From the NCBI GenBank assembly GCA_963809845.1, contig CAWELO010000002.1, forward strand, positions 198,638 to 262,637: a stretch of DNA of 64,000 bases, read 5' to 3'. The position numbers and the translations under genes are program-made. The stretch's first letter is position 1, and each line of letters opens with the position of its first letter. The notes beneath the pieces are model-generated. The model was not told the origin of the DNA and searched no databases. It saw only the letters and a list, made by a program, of their open reading frames with translations. Source of the stretch: an uncultured Verrucomicrobiae bacterium (GTDB lineage: Bacteria > Verrucomicrobiota > Verrucomicrobiia > Limisphaerales > UBA8199). Shown piece after piece: positions 20,337-28,795 of this stretch.

Positions 20337-21710
20337 ATGCCCCCCTCCTCTCTCAAATCCCTGGTTCGGTCCGGCGCCATCGACACGGTCATGGTCGCGC
20401 TCGTGGATCCCTTTGGCCGCCTGGTCGGCAAACGGTTCCGCGCCGAGGTTTTTCTCGATTCAGTGGCCCGGCACGGAACGCATGGTTGCAACTACCTGTT
20501 GACCGTGAATATGGAGATGGATCCATTGGACGGGTTCAAGGTGGCAAGCTGGGAGCAGGGGTTTGGTGATTTCGCGCTGAAACCCGACCTGAGCACCTGG
20601 CGGGTTTTACCCTGGCAACCCGCCACCGCCTTGGTGTTCTGTGATCACGTGCGGCACGATGGCGCTTATGTGGCCGAGTCGCCACGCTCGATTCTGCGCC
20701 GCCAAATCGAGGCTCTCACCCGCCGGGACCTGGCCTGCTATTGCGCCAGCGAACTCGAGTTTTATCTCTTTAACCAAACCTACCACTCGGCGTTCGCGGC
20801 CGGCTATCGCGACCTGCAACCCTCGAGCGATTACCGGATTGATTATCACCTGATGCAGCCGACGCGCGACGAAAGCCTGATGCGTGCCATCAGGAACGGC
20901 ATGACGGCGGCGGGCGTGCCCATCGAGAGCAGCAAGGGCGAATGGAGCCGGGGCCAGCATGAAATCACCTTCATTTACACCCGGCCGCTCGAAATGGCCG
21001 ACATGCACGCGTTGTTCAAGCAGGGCGTGAAGGAAATTGCCGACCAGCACGGGAAAGCAGTTTCCTTCATGGCCAAGTACGCTCCCAGCGAAGCCGGAAA
21101 TTCCTGCCACATCCACATGAGCCTTTGGCGGGGCAACCGGAATTTGTTTTGGGGTCCGCCGGGAACGCGGGCCCGAACGGCGGAGCGTTCCGGCCCCGGT
21201 TCGGTGCTCTTTCGCCAGTTTCTCGGCGGCTTGATGAAGTATTCGCCCGAGCTCTGCCTTTTCTTTGCGCCGACCATCAACAGCTACAAACGCTACCAGG
21301 CCGGCAGTTGGGCGCCGACGCGCATGGCTTGGGCGTTGGATAACCGAACGGTCGGATTTCGCGTGGTGGGCGAAGGCAGCTCATTCCGGATCGAGAACCG
21401 GATGCCGGGCGCGGATGCCAATCCTTATCTTGCGTTTGCCGCCATGCTGGCAGCCGGCATGGCGGGCGTGCGCGAAGGCCTGGATTGCGGACCCGAGTAT
21501 TTGGGCAATGCCTACGTGGACCCGCAACTTGCCCGGTTGCCCAGCAGCTTGCGCGACGCCGCCGATTCGCTGGCTGGCTCCAAACTCGCCCGTTCGGCCT
21601 TCGGCGATTCCGTGGTCGATTTTTATGTCCATCACGCACGCCTGGAAACCGAGGCCTTTAATAATGCCGTTACGGATTGGGAAAAGGTCCGCTATTTCGA
21701 GCGAATCTAA
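20337..21710 (+). CDS. Glutamine synthetase family protein (GlnA-like; possibly a gamma-glutamyl-amine ligase)
   Basis: About 457 aa from MPPSSLKS, with GS catalytic-domain motifs KGEWSRGQHEI, NSCHIHMSLW, NRTVGFRV, ENRMPGADANPYLAFAAMLAAG. Confidence 0.85.
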   Translation: MPPSSLKSLVRSGAIDTVMVALVDPFGRLVGKRFRAEVFLDSVARHGTHGCNYLLTVNMEMDPLDGFKVASWEQGFGDFALKPDLSTWRVLPWQPATALVFCDHVRHDGAYVAESPRSILRRQIEALTRRDLACYCASELEFYLFNQTYHSAFAAGYRDLQPSSDYRIDYHLMQPTRDESLMRAIRNGMTAAGVPIESSKGEWSRGQHEITFIYTRPLEMADMHALFKQGVKEIADQHGKAVSFMAKYAPSEAGNSCHIHMSLWRGNRNLFWGPPGTRARTAERSGPGSVLFRQFLGGLMKYSPELCLFFAPTINSYKRYQAGSWAPTRMAWALDNRTVGFRVVGEGSSFRIENRMPGADANPYLAFAAMLAAGMAGVREGLDCGPEYLGNAYVDPQLARLPSSLRDAADSLAGSKLARSAFGDSVVDFYVHHARLETEAFNNAVTDWEKVRYFERI

Positions 21711-21764
21711 CCCGGACATTTCTCAGCTCTGGGGCAAGCGCGCGAAAAGCGGCGAGCGGGAGCT

Positions 21765-22700
21765 CTAGCCCCGGGGCGTTAAAGCAGCCCGCTTCTCGAT
21801 CAATTGGGCCACAATACTTACGGCAATCTCCGGGACGGTTTGTGAGCCGATCCGGATCCCCACCGGACAGGCGACTCGCGCGAGTTCCTCCGGCGTGGCC
21901 AGCTTCTCATCGAGGAAGCGTTCGGAGATCATGCGCGCCTTGCGGGCGCTGCCGATCATGCCCAAAAACGCAAAGGGTTTGTGAATCCAATTCTGCAAGA
22001 CGAGCGCATCGTGGCGATGACCGCGCGTTACGATGAGCCCGAAGCTCGGTCCTTCGGGAACCGGCAGCGCGAGCAGCTTGTCCCAAACCTCGGCGTGCAA
22101 GCTGACGGGCTCGGGAAAAAACTGGCGGCTCGCCAGCGCGGGCCGGTCATCGAGCACAGTTACGGCGAAATCCAGGTGGAGTGCCAGGGGCGCCACCGCT
22201 TGCGCCACGTGCCCGGCTCCGGCAATCCATAGGACGCAGGGCGGGGACACGGTTTCCGCGTAGCGCCATTCGGAGGATTGCGGCAAGGCTGGCTTGATCA
22301 GGGCGAGAGAGAAATCCTTGCTCACCCCCCAATGCAGTGCCTCCCGGCGCTCTTCCAATGCCGCCCAGAATCGCTCCCCCGCAGCCTGAACGTTCGGCAA
22401 AACCAATCCTTCCACTTTGCCGCCGCAGATCAGGCCATCGTCCCACCCAAAATCATGATCCAGCAGCAGATCAAAGGCGGACGGCCGGTTGCTGCCCAGC
22501 GCCTCGATGGCCCGGTGTTGGATCTCAGCTTCGAGGCAGCCTCCCCCCAGCGTGCCGATGATGCGGCCATCCCGGTAAAACACCGCCTTCGCGCCAATCT
22601 TTTGCGGGCTCGAACCCTTGACCCCCGTGATGAGTCCCAGGGCCACCGGTTCCTGCCGCCGGGCCGCCTCGATCAGCGCTTGAAAGACGGCGTTCTTCAT
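21765..22700 (-). CDS. XdhC/CoxI family accessory protein
   Basis: N-terminal XdhC_CoxI (GSSPQKIGAKAVF..GTLGGGCLE) and C-terminal Rossmann-like (WIAGAGHVAQAV, IVTRGHRHD, LGMIGSARK) regions. Confidence 0.8.
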   Translation of the reverse strand: MKNAVFQALIEAARRQEPVALGLITGVKGSSPQKIGAKAVFYRDGRIIGTLGGGCLEAEIQHRAIEALGSNRPSAFDLLLDHDFGWDDGLICGGKVEGLVLPNVQAAGERFWAALEERREALHWGVSKDFSLALIKPALPQSSEWRYAETVSPPCVLWIAGAGHVAQAVAPLALHLDFAVTVLDDRPALASRQFFPEPVSLHAEVWDKLLALPVPEGPSFGLIVTRGHRHDALVLQNWIHKPFAFLGMIGSARKARMISERFLDEKLATPEELARVACPVGIRIGSQTVPEIAVSIVAQLIEKRAALTPRG

Positions 22701-22706
22701 GGTCGT

Positions 22707-22937
22707 TCAACCGGGAACCGATGCAGTTCCGGGCTCCGGCCCTGGCATGTTCTGAGGTTCACGGACTAGTACCCGGCTCATCAGGTACAGAATTCCACCC
22801 AATATCGCTGAGGTAAACAATCCCGCGATGATCGACCAACGCAAAATCACTTTTCGCTTCCGCCGGAGGTTCCTGCCCCCCATCCCCGGCAGCAGGTAAA
22901 AGCGCTCTTTCTCTTTATCTCGTGCAAACCAAGCCAT
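22707..22937 (-). CDS. Small hypothetical membrane protein
   Basis: 76-aa ORF with one TM helix (WSIIAGLFTSAILGGILYLM). Ends 6 nt before the XdhC-like start on the same strand. Confidence 0.4.
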   Translation of the reverse strand: MAWFARDKEKERFYLLPGMGGRNLRRKRKVILRWSIIAGLFTSAILGGILYLMSRVLVREPQNMPGPEPGTASVPG

Positions 22938-23038
22938 AAGCCACCGTTAATAATCTCCTGAATTTCAATCCTTTGTGTCAAGTCGAACTGCGGATGAACC
23001 CAATCTGCCGCTCCGGCTTCAAATCGGCTTGAGTCCCT

Positions 23039-24361
23039 GTGGGCCTTGCCCAGAATAGGGCTGTGTCACTTCTGACGTACGCGCGGTGGGGTTGGGTGGG
23101 TTTGCTGCTGGCGGGTTGCGCCACCACCCCGCGCCGCAACGCGGCCCATGTGCCGGACTGGCAGAACCTGTTTGCCGCTCCACCCTCGAGCACGGGGCCG
23201 ACCAACTCGCAGGCACTGCCGGCGATGGCCTCCAATCCACCTCCGGCAACCCTGACGGCGCCCAAAGCCTCCTTCCAGACTTGGGTCCCCCTCGAGCGTT
23301 GGTCTCGCAGCCGCGGACTGGCCCCACCCGCCCGGTTGTCCACCGCGCCGTCGCTTACCTGGTCCCTCAAATCGACCCACGGGGTGTTCGTGCTGAGCGC
23401 CGGATCGCAGTTTGCCCGGTGGAATGGGCTCGACCTGCGGCTCGGCCTCGCGCCGCAGCTCATCGACGGACGGCTCTATGCCCATGGCCTGGATCTGATG
23501 AAGACGATTGCCCCTTTGCTGGAAGGCGTTTCTCCCTTGCCCCTGGGCACCAATCCGGTTCTGGTCATCGACCCCGGGCATGGCGGCGAGAACGCCGGCG
23601 CCCGAAGCGTGCTGGGTTCTCATTATGAAAAGGAGTTCACCCTGGACTGGGCGTTGCGCCTGCGGGACTTGATGGCCGCCCAGGGCTGGGAGGTCCTCCT
23701 GACGCGCTCGACCGACACCGATCTGGCCCTGTCCAACCGCGTTGCGTTTGCCGCCGAGCATAAGGCCGCGCTCTTCGTCAGCCTTCACTTCAACTCGGCG
23801 GGACCGGATCCGAGTGAGTCCGGTGCGGAAACGTACTGCCTGACGCCGGCCGGCCTGCCCTCGTCGCTCACGCGCGGCTTTGCCGATGAAATCGGGCAGT
23901 CATTTCCCAACAATGCCTGTGATGTGGATAACCTGCTGCTGGCACTCAGCGTTCATCGCGCCCTCTTGCAGGTGAACGGTCACCAGGACCGCGGGGTGCG
24001 CCGCGCCCGCTTCCTGGGGGTGTTGCGCGGTCAGACCTGCCCCGCCATCCTGGTCGAGGGTGGTTACCTTTCCAGCCCGAGCGAAGCGCGGCTCATCGCC
24101 GAGCCCGGCTATCGCCAAAAACTTGCCGAAGCGGTGGCTCGGGGCCTCGAAAGCTATAGATCGCAGACCACCGAGGATAAACAGCCGACGACCGCCTGCC
24201 CTCCCCCGAATACCCGCCACCGGCTGCTGGCCGCGCGCTGCGGGCCGGGTGACCTCAATTTAACCACCACGAAATATGCGAAACACGCGAAAAGACACCT
24301 TTCCCGTGTCGTGGCAGTGCCCGCTGGGCCCTCCGCAGGGCGGTGCGGCAACGCGACATGA
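23039..24361 (+). CDS. N-acetylmuramoyl-L-alanine amidase (Amidase_3, AmiC-like) lipoprotein
   Basis: Lipobox LLLAGC. Also VIDPGHGGENAGA, LFVSLHFNS, ETYCL and RARFLGVLRGQTCPAILVEGGYLS. GTG start. The 3' tail reads through repeat copy b. Confidence 0.85.
   Translation: MGLAQNRAVSLLTYARWGWVGLLLAGCATTPRRNAAHVPDWQNLFAAPPSSTGPTNSQALPAMASNPPPATLTAPKASFQTWVPLERWSRSRGLAPPARLSTAPSLTWSLKSTHGVFVLSAGSQFARWNGLDLRLGLAPQLIDGRLYAHGLDLMKTIAPLLEGVSPLPLGTNPVLVIDPGHGGENAGARSVLGSHYEKEFTLDWALRLRDLMAAQGWEVLLTRSTDTDLALSNRVAFAAEHKAALFVSLHFNSAGPDPSESGAETYCLTPAGLPSSLTRGFADEIGQSFPNNACDVDNLLLALSVHRALLQVNGHQDRGVRRARFLGVLRGQTCPAILVEGGYLSSPSEARLIAEPGYRQKLAEAVARGLESYRSQTTEDKQPTTACPPPNTRHRLLAARCGPGDLNLTTTKYAKHAKRHLSRVVAVPAGPSAGRCGNAT
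24267..24294. repeat. 28-nt dispersed repeat, copy b
   Basis: CCACGAAATATGCGAAACACGCGAAAAG. Confidence 0.55.
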
Positions 24362-25395
24362 ACTTACCCAAAGGCATCACTGAACCGCCTGGCCTCGGCG
24401 GCGGCTCGGCCCATGTCATAGTGACGGGTGGGGCGGGCTTTATCGGCTCGCATCTGATCGAACGATTGCTGGCGGAAGGCAAAGCCGTCATAGCCATCGA
24501 CGATCTCTCGACGGGGGGTTTGGAGAATTTGAAGACCTGCCGCACCCATCCCCGGTTCCGGTTCATTGAATCGAAGATCTCGAACTGCCCGGATTTGGAC
24601 GCGCTGGCGGAGCGGGCCGAGTCGATTTACCACCTCGCAGCGGCGGTGGGCGTCGAGTTGGTGGTGAACTCACCGATTCACGTCCTCGAAACGAACCTGC
24701 ATGAGACCGAGGTCTTGCTCAAGGCTGCGGCGGCTCACCATGTGCCGGTGTTGCTGACCTCGACCTCGGAAGTCTATGGCAAGAGTCAAAAGCCGGCTTT
24801 CGACGAGGCCGATGACTTGTTGATTGGCACGCCTCACCAGGCGCGCTGGGGTTATGCCTGCTCGAAGTTGATGGATGAATTCCTGGCCTTCGCCTACGCC
24901 AGCGAGCGCGGTCTGCCGATGGTCATTGCCCGCCTTTTCAACACCGTCGGCCCGCGCCAAACCGGACGATACGGAATGGTGCTGCCCCGCTTCATTGCCG
25001 CCGCCCAGGCCAACGGGCCTGTGCAGGTCTATGGCGACGGCCAGCAAACCCGCTGCTTCTGCTACGTCCGCGACACGGTGGAAGCCCTCATTCGCCTGCT
25101 CGCCTGCCCCGCTGCCCGTGGCCAGATTTTCAACGTCGGAGGCACGGAAGAAATCTCGATCCAAGCCCTCGCTGAACTTGTCATCGAGATCCTCGAATCA
25201 AAATCTGCCATCGAATTCGTGCCCTACGCGAAGGCCTATGCTCCCGGCTTTGACGACATGCGCCGCCGCAAGCCGGTGGTCGATAAGTTGGCGTCCGTCA
25301 CCGGTTTTCGCCCTGCCACACCTCTCCGCCAGATCATCGAAATGACCGCGTCATTCCTCGATCGGGATATGGCGAACTGCGGAAAGCCATCCTGA
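24358..25395 (+). CDS. NAD-dependent epimerase/dehydratase (extended SDR; UDP-glucuronate decarboxylase-like)
   Basis: VIVTGGAGFIGSHL Rossmann motif and YACSK catalytic YxxxK. The track ORF begins at GTG 24343; ATG is at 24358. Confidence 0.85.
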   Translation: MNLPKGITEPPGLGGGSAHVIVTGGAGFIGSHLIERLLAEGKAVIAIDDLSTGGLENLKTCRTHPRFRFIESKISNCPDLDALAERAESIYHLAAAVGVELVVNSPIHVLETNLHETEVLLKAAAAHHVPVLLTSTSEVYGKSQKPAFDEADDLLIGTPHQARWGYACSKLMDEFLAFAYASERGLPMVIARLFNTVGPRQTGRYGMVLPRFIAAAQANGPVQVYGDGQQTRCFCYVRDTVEALIRLLACPAARGQIFNVGGTEEISIQALAELVIEILESKSAIEFVPYAKAYAPGFDDMRRRKPVVDKLASVTGFRPATPLRQIIEMTASFLDRDMANCGKPS

Positions 25396-25536
25396 GAGGC
25401 CTCGTGGCTGGCCGGAGGCCGGCCGATGGGGCCGGTTAAGGCCGGTGAAAAGGACTTCCCGCCCGCCGGAATGCGGCCCGGGAGAGCTCGATTTCGAAGA
25501 ACCATGGTTTCGGGCGCTTTGGATGAGCCAGGCAGG

Positions 25537-25564
25537 AAAAAAAAGGCGCCCTTGCGGGCGCCTT
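25537..25564 (-). terminator. Rho-independent terminator for the pseudopilin-like gene
   Basis: On the minus strand: AAGGCGCCC-GCAA-GGGCGCCTT followed by a T-run (8 T including the stem end), ~30 nt after the stop at 25595. Confidence 0.6.
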
Positions 25565-25594
25565 GCGTAAATGAATTAAATAGCTGCTACTGGC

Positions 25595-26399
25595 TTAGGG
25601 GAACGCCAGGCAGTTGCCCGGGTTGGACGCCGTGGCCGGAGCCAGGGAGGTGGTATCACCGCTGTTGCGGGCCTGGTCGCGGAGCTTGCTGCTGCTCAAT
25701 TGTTGCACGCTGCCATCGGCCAGCAGAACGTTACCATTGTTTTGGTGCATCTTGCTGGTCCAGGTGGGGGTCACCACGTTGGCAGGGAAGTTCGTGCCCA
25801 AGGCGTAGGACTGGTTCGGCCCGGAGCCGTACCCGTTATTCGGGAAGGTGGTGGGCAGGGTCGTCGTCGGCGGGATTGAAGCTGTAGATGTTGCGATCCC
25901 CAGCGAGCATCATCTGCGGGTAATTGTCCGAAGCGTCGATGCCGTAGAAGTAGGAGAGATACCAATTGTTGAAGTAAGCACCCAGGGCCTGGCTCTGGTT
26001 GCCGGCTTGCAAGGAGAAGTTCGTGCCGGCGGTCCGCTCATCCGAGGGGCAGGAGAGGACCTTGGGCGTGCTCAACTCGTTCGACATAACGCCCCACACC
26101 TGGTACATGAACCCGGCAAGGACGCTGCGCGTCGCGCCGTTGTTGACGATCACCGGGTTGGGCGGGCCGCCTTCGGTCGCGCCGACCAGGATCGGGTAGC
26201 GGTCGCCGTTGTCCAGCGCCCAGGTCTTGATGGCCAAGCCCATCTGCTTAAGGTTGTTGGTGCAGCTAATGCGCTGCGCGCGCGCTTTGGCGCGTGCCAA
26301 TGCGGGCAGCAACATGGCCGCCAATATGGCGATGATGGCGATCACGACGAGCAACTCGATCAATGTGAAAGCCCCTATTTTCTTGCGTAGGTTGTTCAT
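25595..26399 (-). pseudogene. Prepilin-type N-terminal cleavage/methylation domain protein (H-X9-DG / DUF1559-like pseudopilin), one frame change
   Basis: [38 protein letters not shown]. The C-terminal fragment (track 25595..25801) carries HQNNGNVLLADG, the H-X9-DG motif. Frame change near 25800-25850. Confidence 0.75.
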
Positions 26400-26443
26400 A
26401 TACTCTGCTGGTTTTGACTTTGTTTTTGGCTGACGGTTCGCGA

Positions 26444-26472
26444 ACTTTGACGGATTGGGCTCGCGCTGTCAA
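26444..26472 (-). promoter_or_regulatory. Candidate sigma-70-type promoter (TTGACA-17-CAAAGT)
   Basis: Minus strand has a perfect -35 TTGACA (plus 26467-26472), a 17-nt spacer and a weak -10 CAAAGT (plus 26444-26449), ~45 nt upstream of ATG 26399. Consensus match only. Confidence 0.25.
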
Positions 26473-26572
26473 TCCAATTTAAACGTCTTTTAAGCATCGC
26501 CGATGCCACCCGGGCTGATCTCCAAAAACCCCAGGAAAACCCTTTGTCAAATCCGAAGATGGCTCGTGAATT

Positions 26573-26607
26573 GCGTGAAATTCACGCCTTTTGCGTGAAT
26601 TTCACGC
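26573..26607. promoter_or_regulatory. Twin 15-bp perfect palindromes (candidate operator pair)
   Basis: GCGTGAA-A-TTCACGC (26573-26587) and GCGTGAA-T-TTCACGC (26593-26607), 20 bp centre to centre, with an extra half-site tcGTGAAttGCGTGAA just upstream. Confidence 0.45.
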
Positions 26608-26810
26608 GGAAAAGATGCGACATCAAAACCCCACTTTTCCCCCGCTAGCCCACTTTCGGGTGAATCACATCCCAAGGTTCAAAACGGTGAAGGCATAGCC
26701 GCGGCAAGGGGGAGTTTCCCCGGGTCGGAGCGAGTAGCTGCGCGAGCGGGAAACCCGCGCAACCCCGCGATCGGTTCGGAGAGGGAAGAGGTGGGACGGA
26801 CCGGAGGCGG

Positions 26811-27044
26811 TCAGGCCGCCATGGCTTCGAGCTTATAGCTTAAGGTATTGTAATACCGCCGTTTAAGTCCTCTTTTCTTCCGCTGGCGTTCCCGCGCCTT
26901 GACCAGGTGTTGGAGGCAGCGCGAACCCTGGGCCGCCGGAGCCCCGCACTCCGTGCAGCGTTTGTCCCGCTGCATCCGTAATTGATATTTCCGCTGCCGG
27001 GAAAGCGGCAGCCCGGTGAACTCATCTTTAATCGGTCTTCTCAT
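26811..27044 (-). CDS. Small basic hypothetical protein with CxxC..CxxH zinc-ribbon-like motif
   Basis: 77-aa ORF: KRCTECGAPAAQGSRCLQHL flanked by Arg/Lys-rich segments. No family recognised. Confidence 0.4.
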   Translation of the reverse strand: MRRPIKDEFTGLPLSRQRKYQLRMQRDKRCTECGAPAAQGSRCLQHLVKARERQRKKRGLKRRYYNTLSYKLEAMAA

Positions 27045-27256
27045 TGTCTAACTTAGCTTAATCACAAACTTTGTTTGTTTAGATTTGACCTTTCCTTGCC
27101 ACCGGGTGCTCAAAAAATGTTGAAGAAAACTGTGCGTGGGGCGCCGCTGCCCGGGAGACCGCGCAACCGGCCGGCGCGGAACCTGGATCGCCGGCTCAGC
27201 GTCCGCTCTGGCGGTACGCCGCAGCCGGGTGGTCTTGCTGTCCGATGGAACCCGGG

Positions 27257-28789
27257 TCACTTAACCTCCCAGCCGCCGCCCAGGGCCTTGTAGATGGCGA
27301 CCAGGGTGGTAGCGGTGCGGGTTTCACTTTGCGCTAACTGGGCCTCGACATCCAGTTGGGTCCGCTCGGCGTCCAGCACCGGCAGGAAATCCGCAATCCC
27401 GCCTTCGTAGCGCTGGCGGGCCAGGGCGGTGGCCGTGGCGGCGGAATTCACGGATGCTTGCAGGTAATTGCGGCGGGCCTCCTCGTGTCCAAAATCGACC
27501 AGCGCGTTTTCGGTTTCTTCGAGCGCGAGCAGGACGGTTTTTTCGTAAGCGGCCAATTGCGCGTCCGCCTGGGCATGGGCGGCTTGGATGCGGGCGCGGA
27601 CATGGCCCAAGTCAAGGGCTGCCCAGGTGATTTGGGGGCCGAAGGAATAGGTATCGGTGCCAGACTTGCCCAGCCCGCTCAGGCGGTTGGCGGCGAAGCC
27701 AAGGTTGCCGTTGAAGAATACCCTGGGGAAGAGGGAGGCGGTTTGAATGCCGATTCCGGCGGTAGCCGCCGCCAGCGTGCGCTCGGCCGCCCGGATGTCG
27801 GGTCGCCGGCGCAGGAGATCCGCCGGGTTCCCGATATCGACCAGGGGCGGGAGGGGCGGGATAGGGGCGGGAGGAGTCAGTTGGGGCTCCAGGGCTGCGG
27901 GTTGCTGGCCGGTGAGGACGCTCAGGCGGTAGATCGAGTGTTTAACGGCAGCCTCGATGGTTGGGATGGCCGCCCATGTGGCATTGAGTTGGGCCCGGGC
28001 CCGCGCGGTATCCAGCTCGGTTGCCCGGCCCGCTTTGAACTTGGCCTCCGTGATGTCGAGTGTCTCCTGCTGGTTTTGGGCGTTTTTGCGGGCGACGTCG
28101 AGCTGATGCTGGCCGCCACGCAGCTCGAAGTAATTGCGCGCCACTTCGGAGATCAGCGTGATTTGCACATCCTGCCGGCCGGCTTCCGAGGCGGCGAGTT
28201 GCGCCCCAGCCACCTGGATCGAGCGGCGCACCCCGCCGAAGATATCCAGCTCCCAGGTGGCGTCGAACCCGACATTGTATAAATCCAACTGCCGTTGAGA
28301 CCGGGTGAGGGGAAAAGGATAAGCTGCCTGGCTCGACAGGGTCCTCGAATACCCGGCGACTCCGTCCACGACAGGAAACTCATCGGCAATTGCCTGGGTG
28401 CGCAGCGCGCGTGCTTCACGGACGCGCGCGGTGGCGATGCGGAGGTCCTGGTTGGTGGCCAGGGCCAGGTCCACGAGACGATCCAGCAGCGGATCTTGAA
28501 AGCCGCGCCACCAATCCACGGCTGTTTGATTGGAAGAAAGGTTGGTCTGACCCCCGTTGGCAAAGGCTGGGGCCGACTCGGTTTTTGGGGGGTGATAATT
28601 CGGGCCGACGGAGCAGCCCGCGAGCAACAGGCCGAGCGCCAGGCCGCATCCAAGACGCGGAGAGATTGACCTCGACGCCCGCGGCCGGCTGTCCGCCGCA
28701 TGCTCCCCGGGCCGGCACAGCATTTGGATTCGAACTTGGGCCGGGAGCAGAGCCATCAGGAGCCGGCCAGGCGAGAGATGAGCGCGCAT
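27257..28789 (-). CDS. RND efflux outer-membrane factor lipoprotein (NodT/OprM family)
   Basis: Lipobox LLLAGCS and two OEP repeats typical of NodT-family OMFs. Starts 6 nt after the RND gene stop. Confidence 0.9.
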   Translation of the reverse strand: MRAHLSPGRLLMALLPAQVRIQMLCRPGEHAADSRPRASRSISPRLGCGLALGLLLAGCSVGPNYHPPKTESAPAFANGGQTNLSSNQTAVDWWRGFQDPLLDRLVDLALATNQDLRIATARVREARALRTQAIADEFPVVDGVAGYSRTLSSQAAYPFPLTRSQRQLDLYNVGFDATWELDIFGGVRRSIQVAGAQLAASEAGRQDVQITLISEVARNYFELRGGQHQLDVARKNAQNQQETLDITEAKFKAGRATELDTARARAQLNATWAAIPTIEAAVKHSIYRLSVLTGQQPAALEPQLTPPAPIPPLPPLVDIGNPADLLRRRPDIRAAERTLAAATAGIGIQTASLFPRVFFNGNLGFAANRLSGLGKSGTDTYSFGPQITWAALDLGHVRARIQAAHAQADAQLAAYEKTVLLALEETENALVDFGHEEARRNYLQASVNSAATATALARQRYEGGIADFLPVLDAERTQLDVEAQLAQSETRTATTLVAIYKALGGGWEVK

Positions 28790-28795
28790 GTGGAG

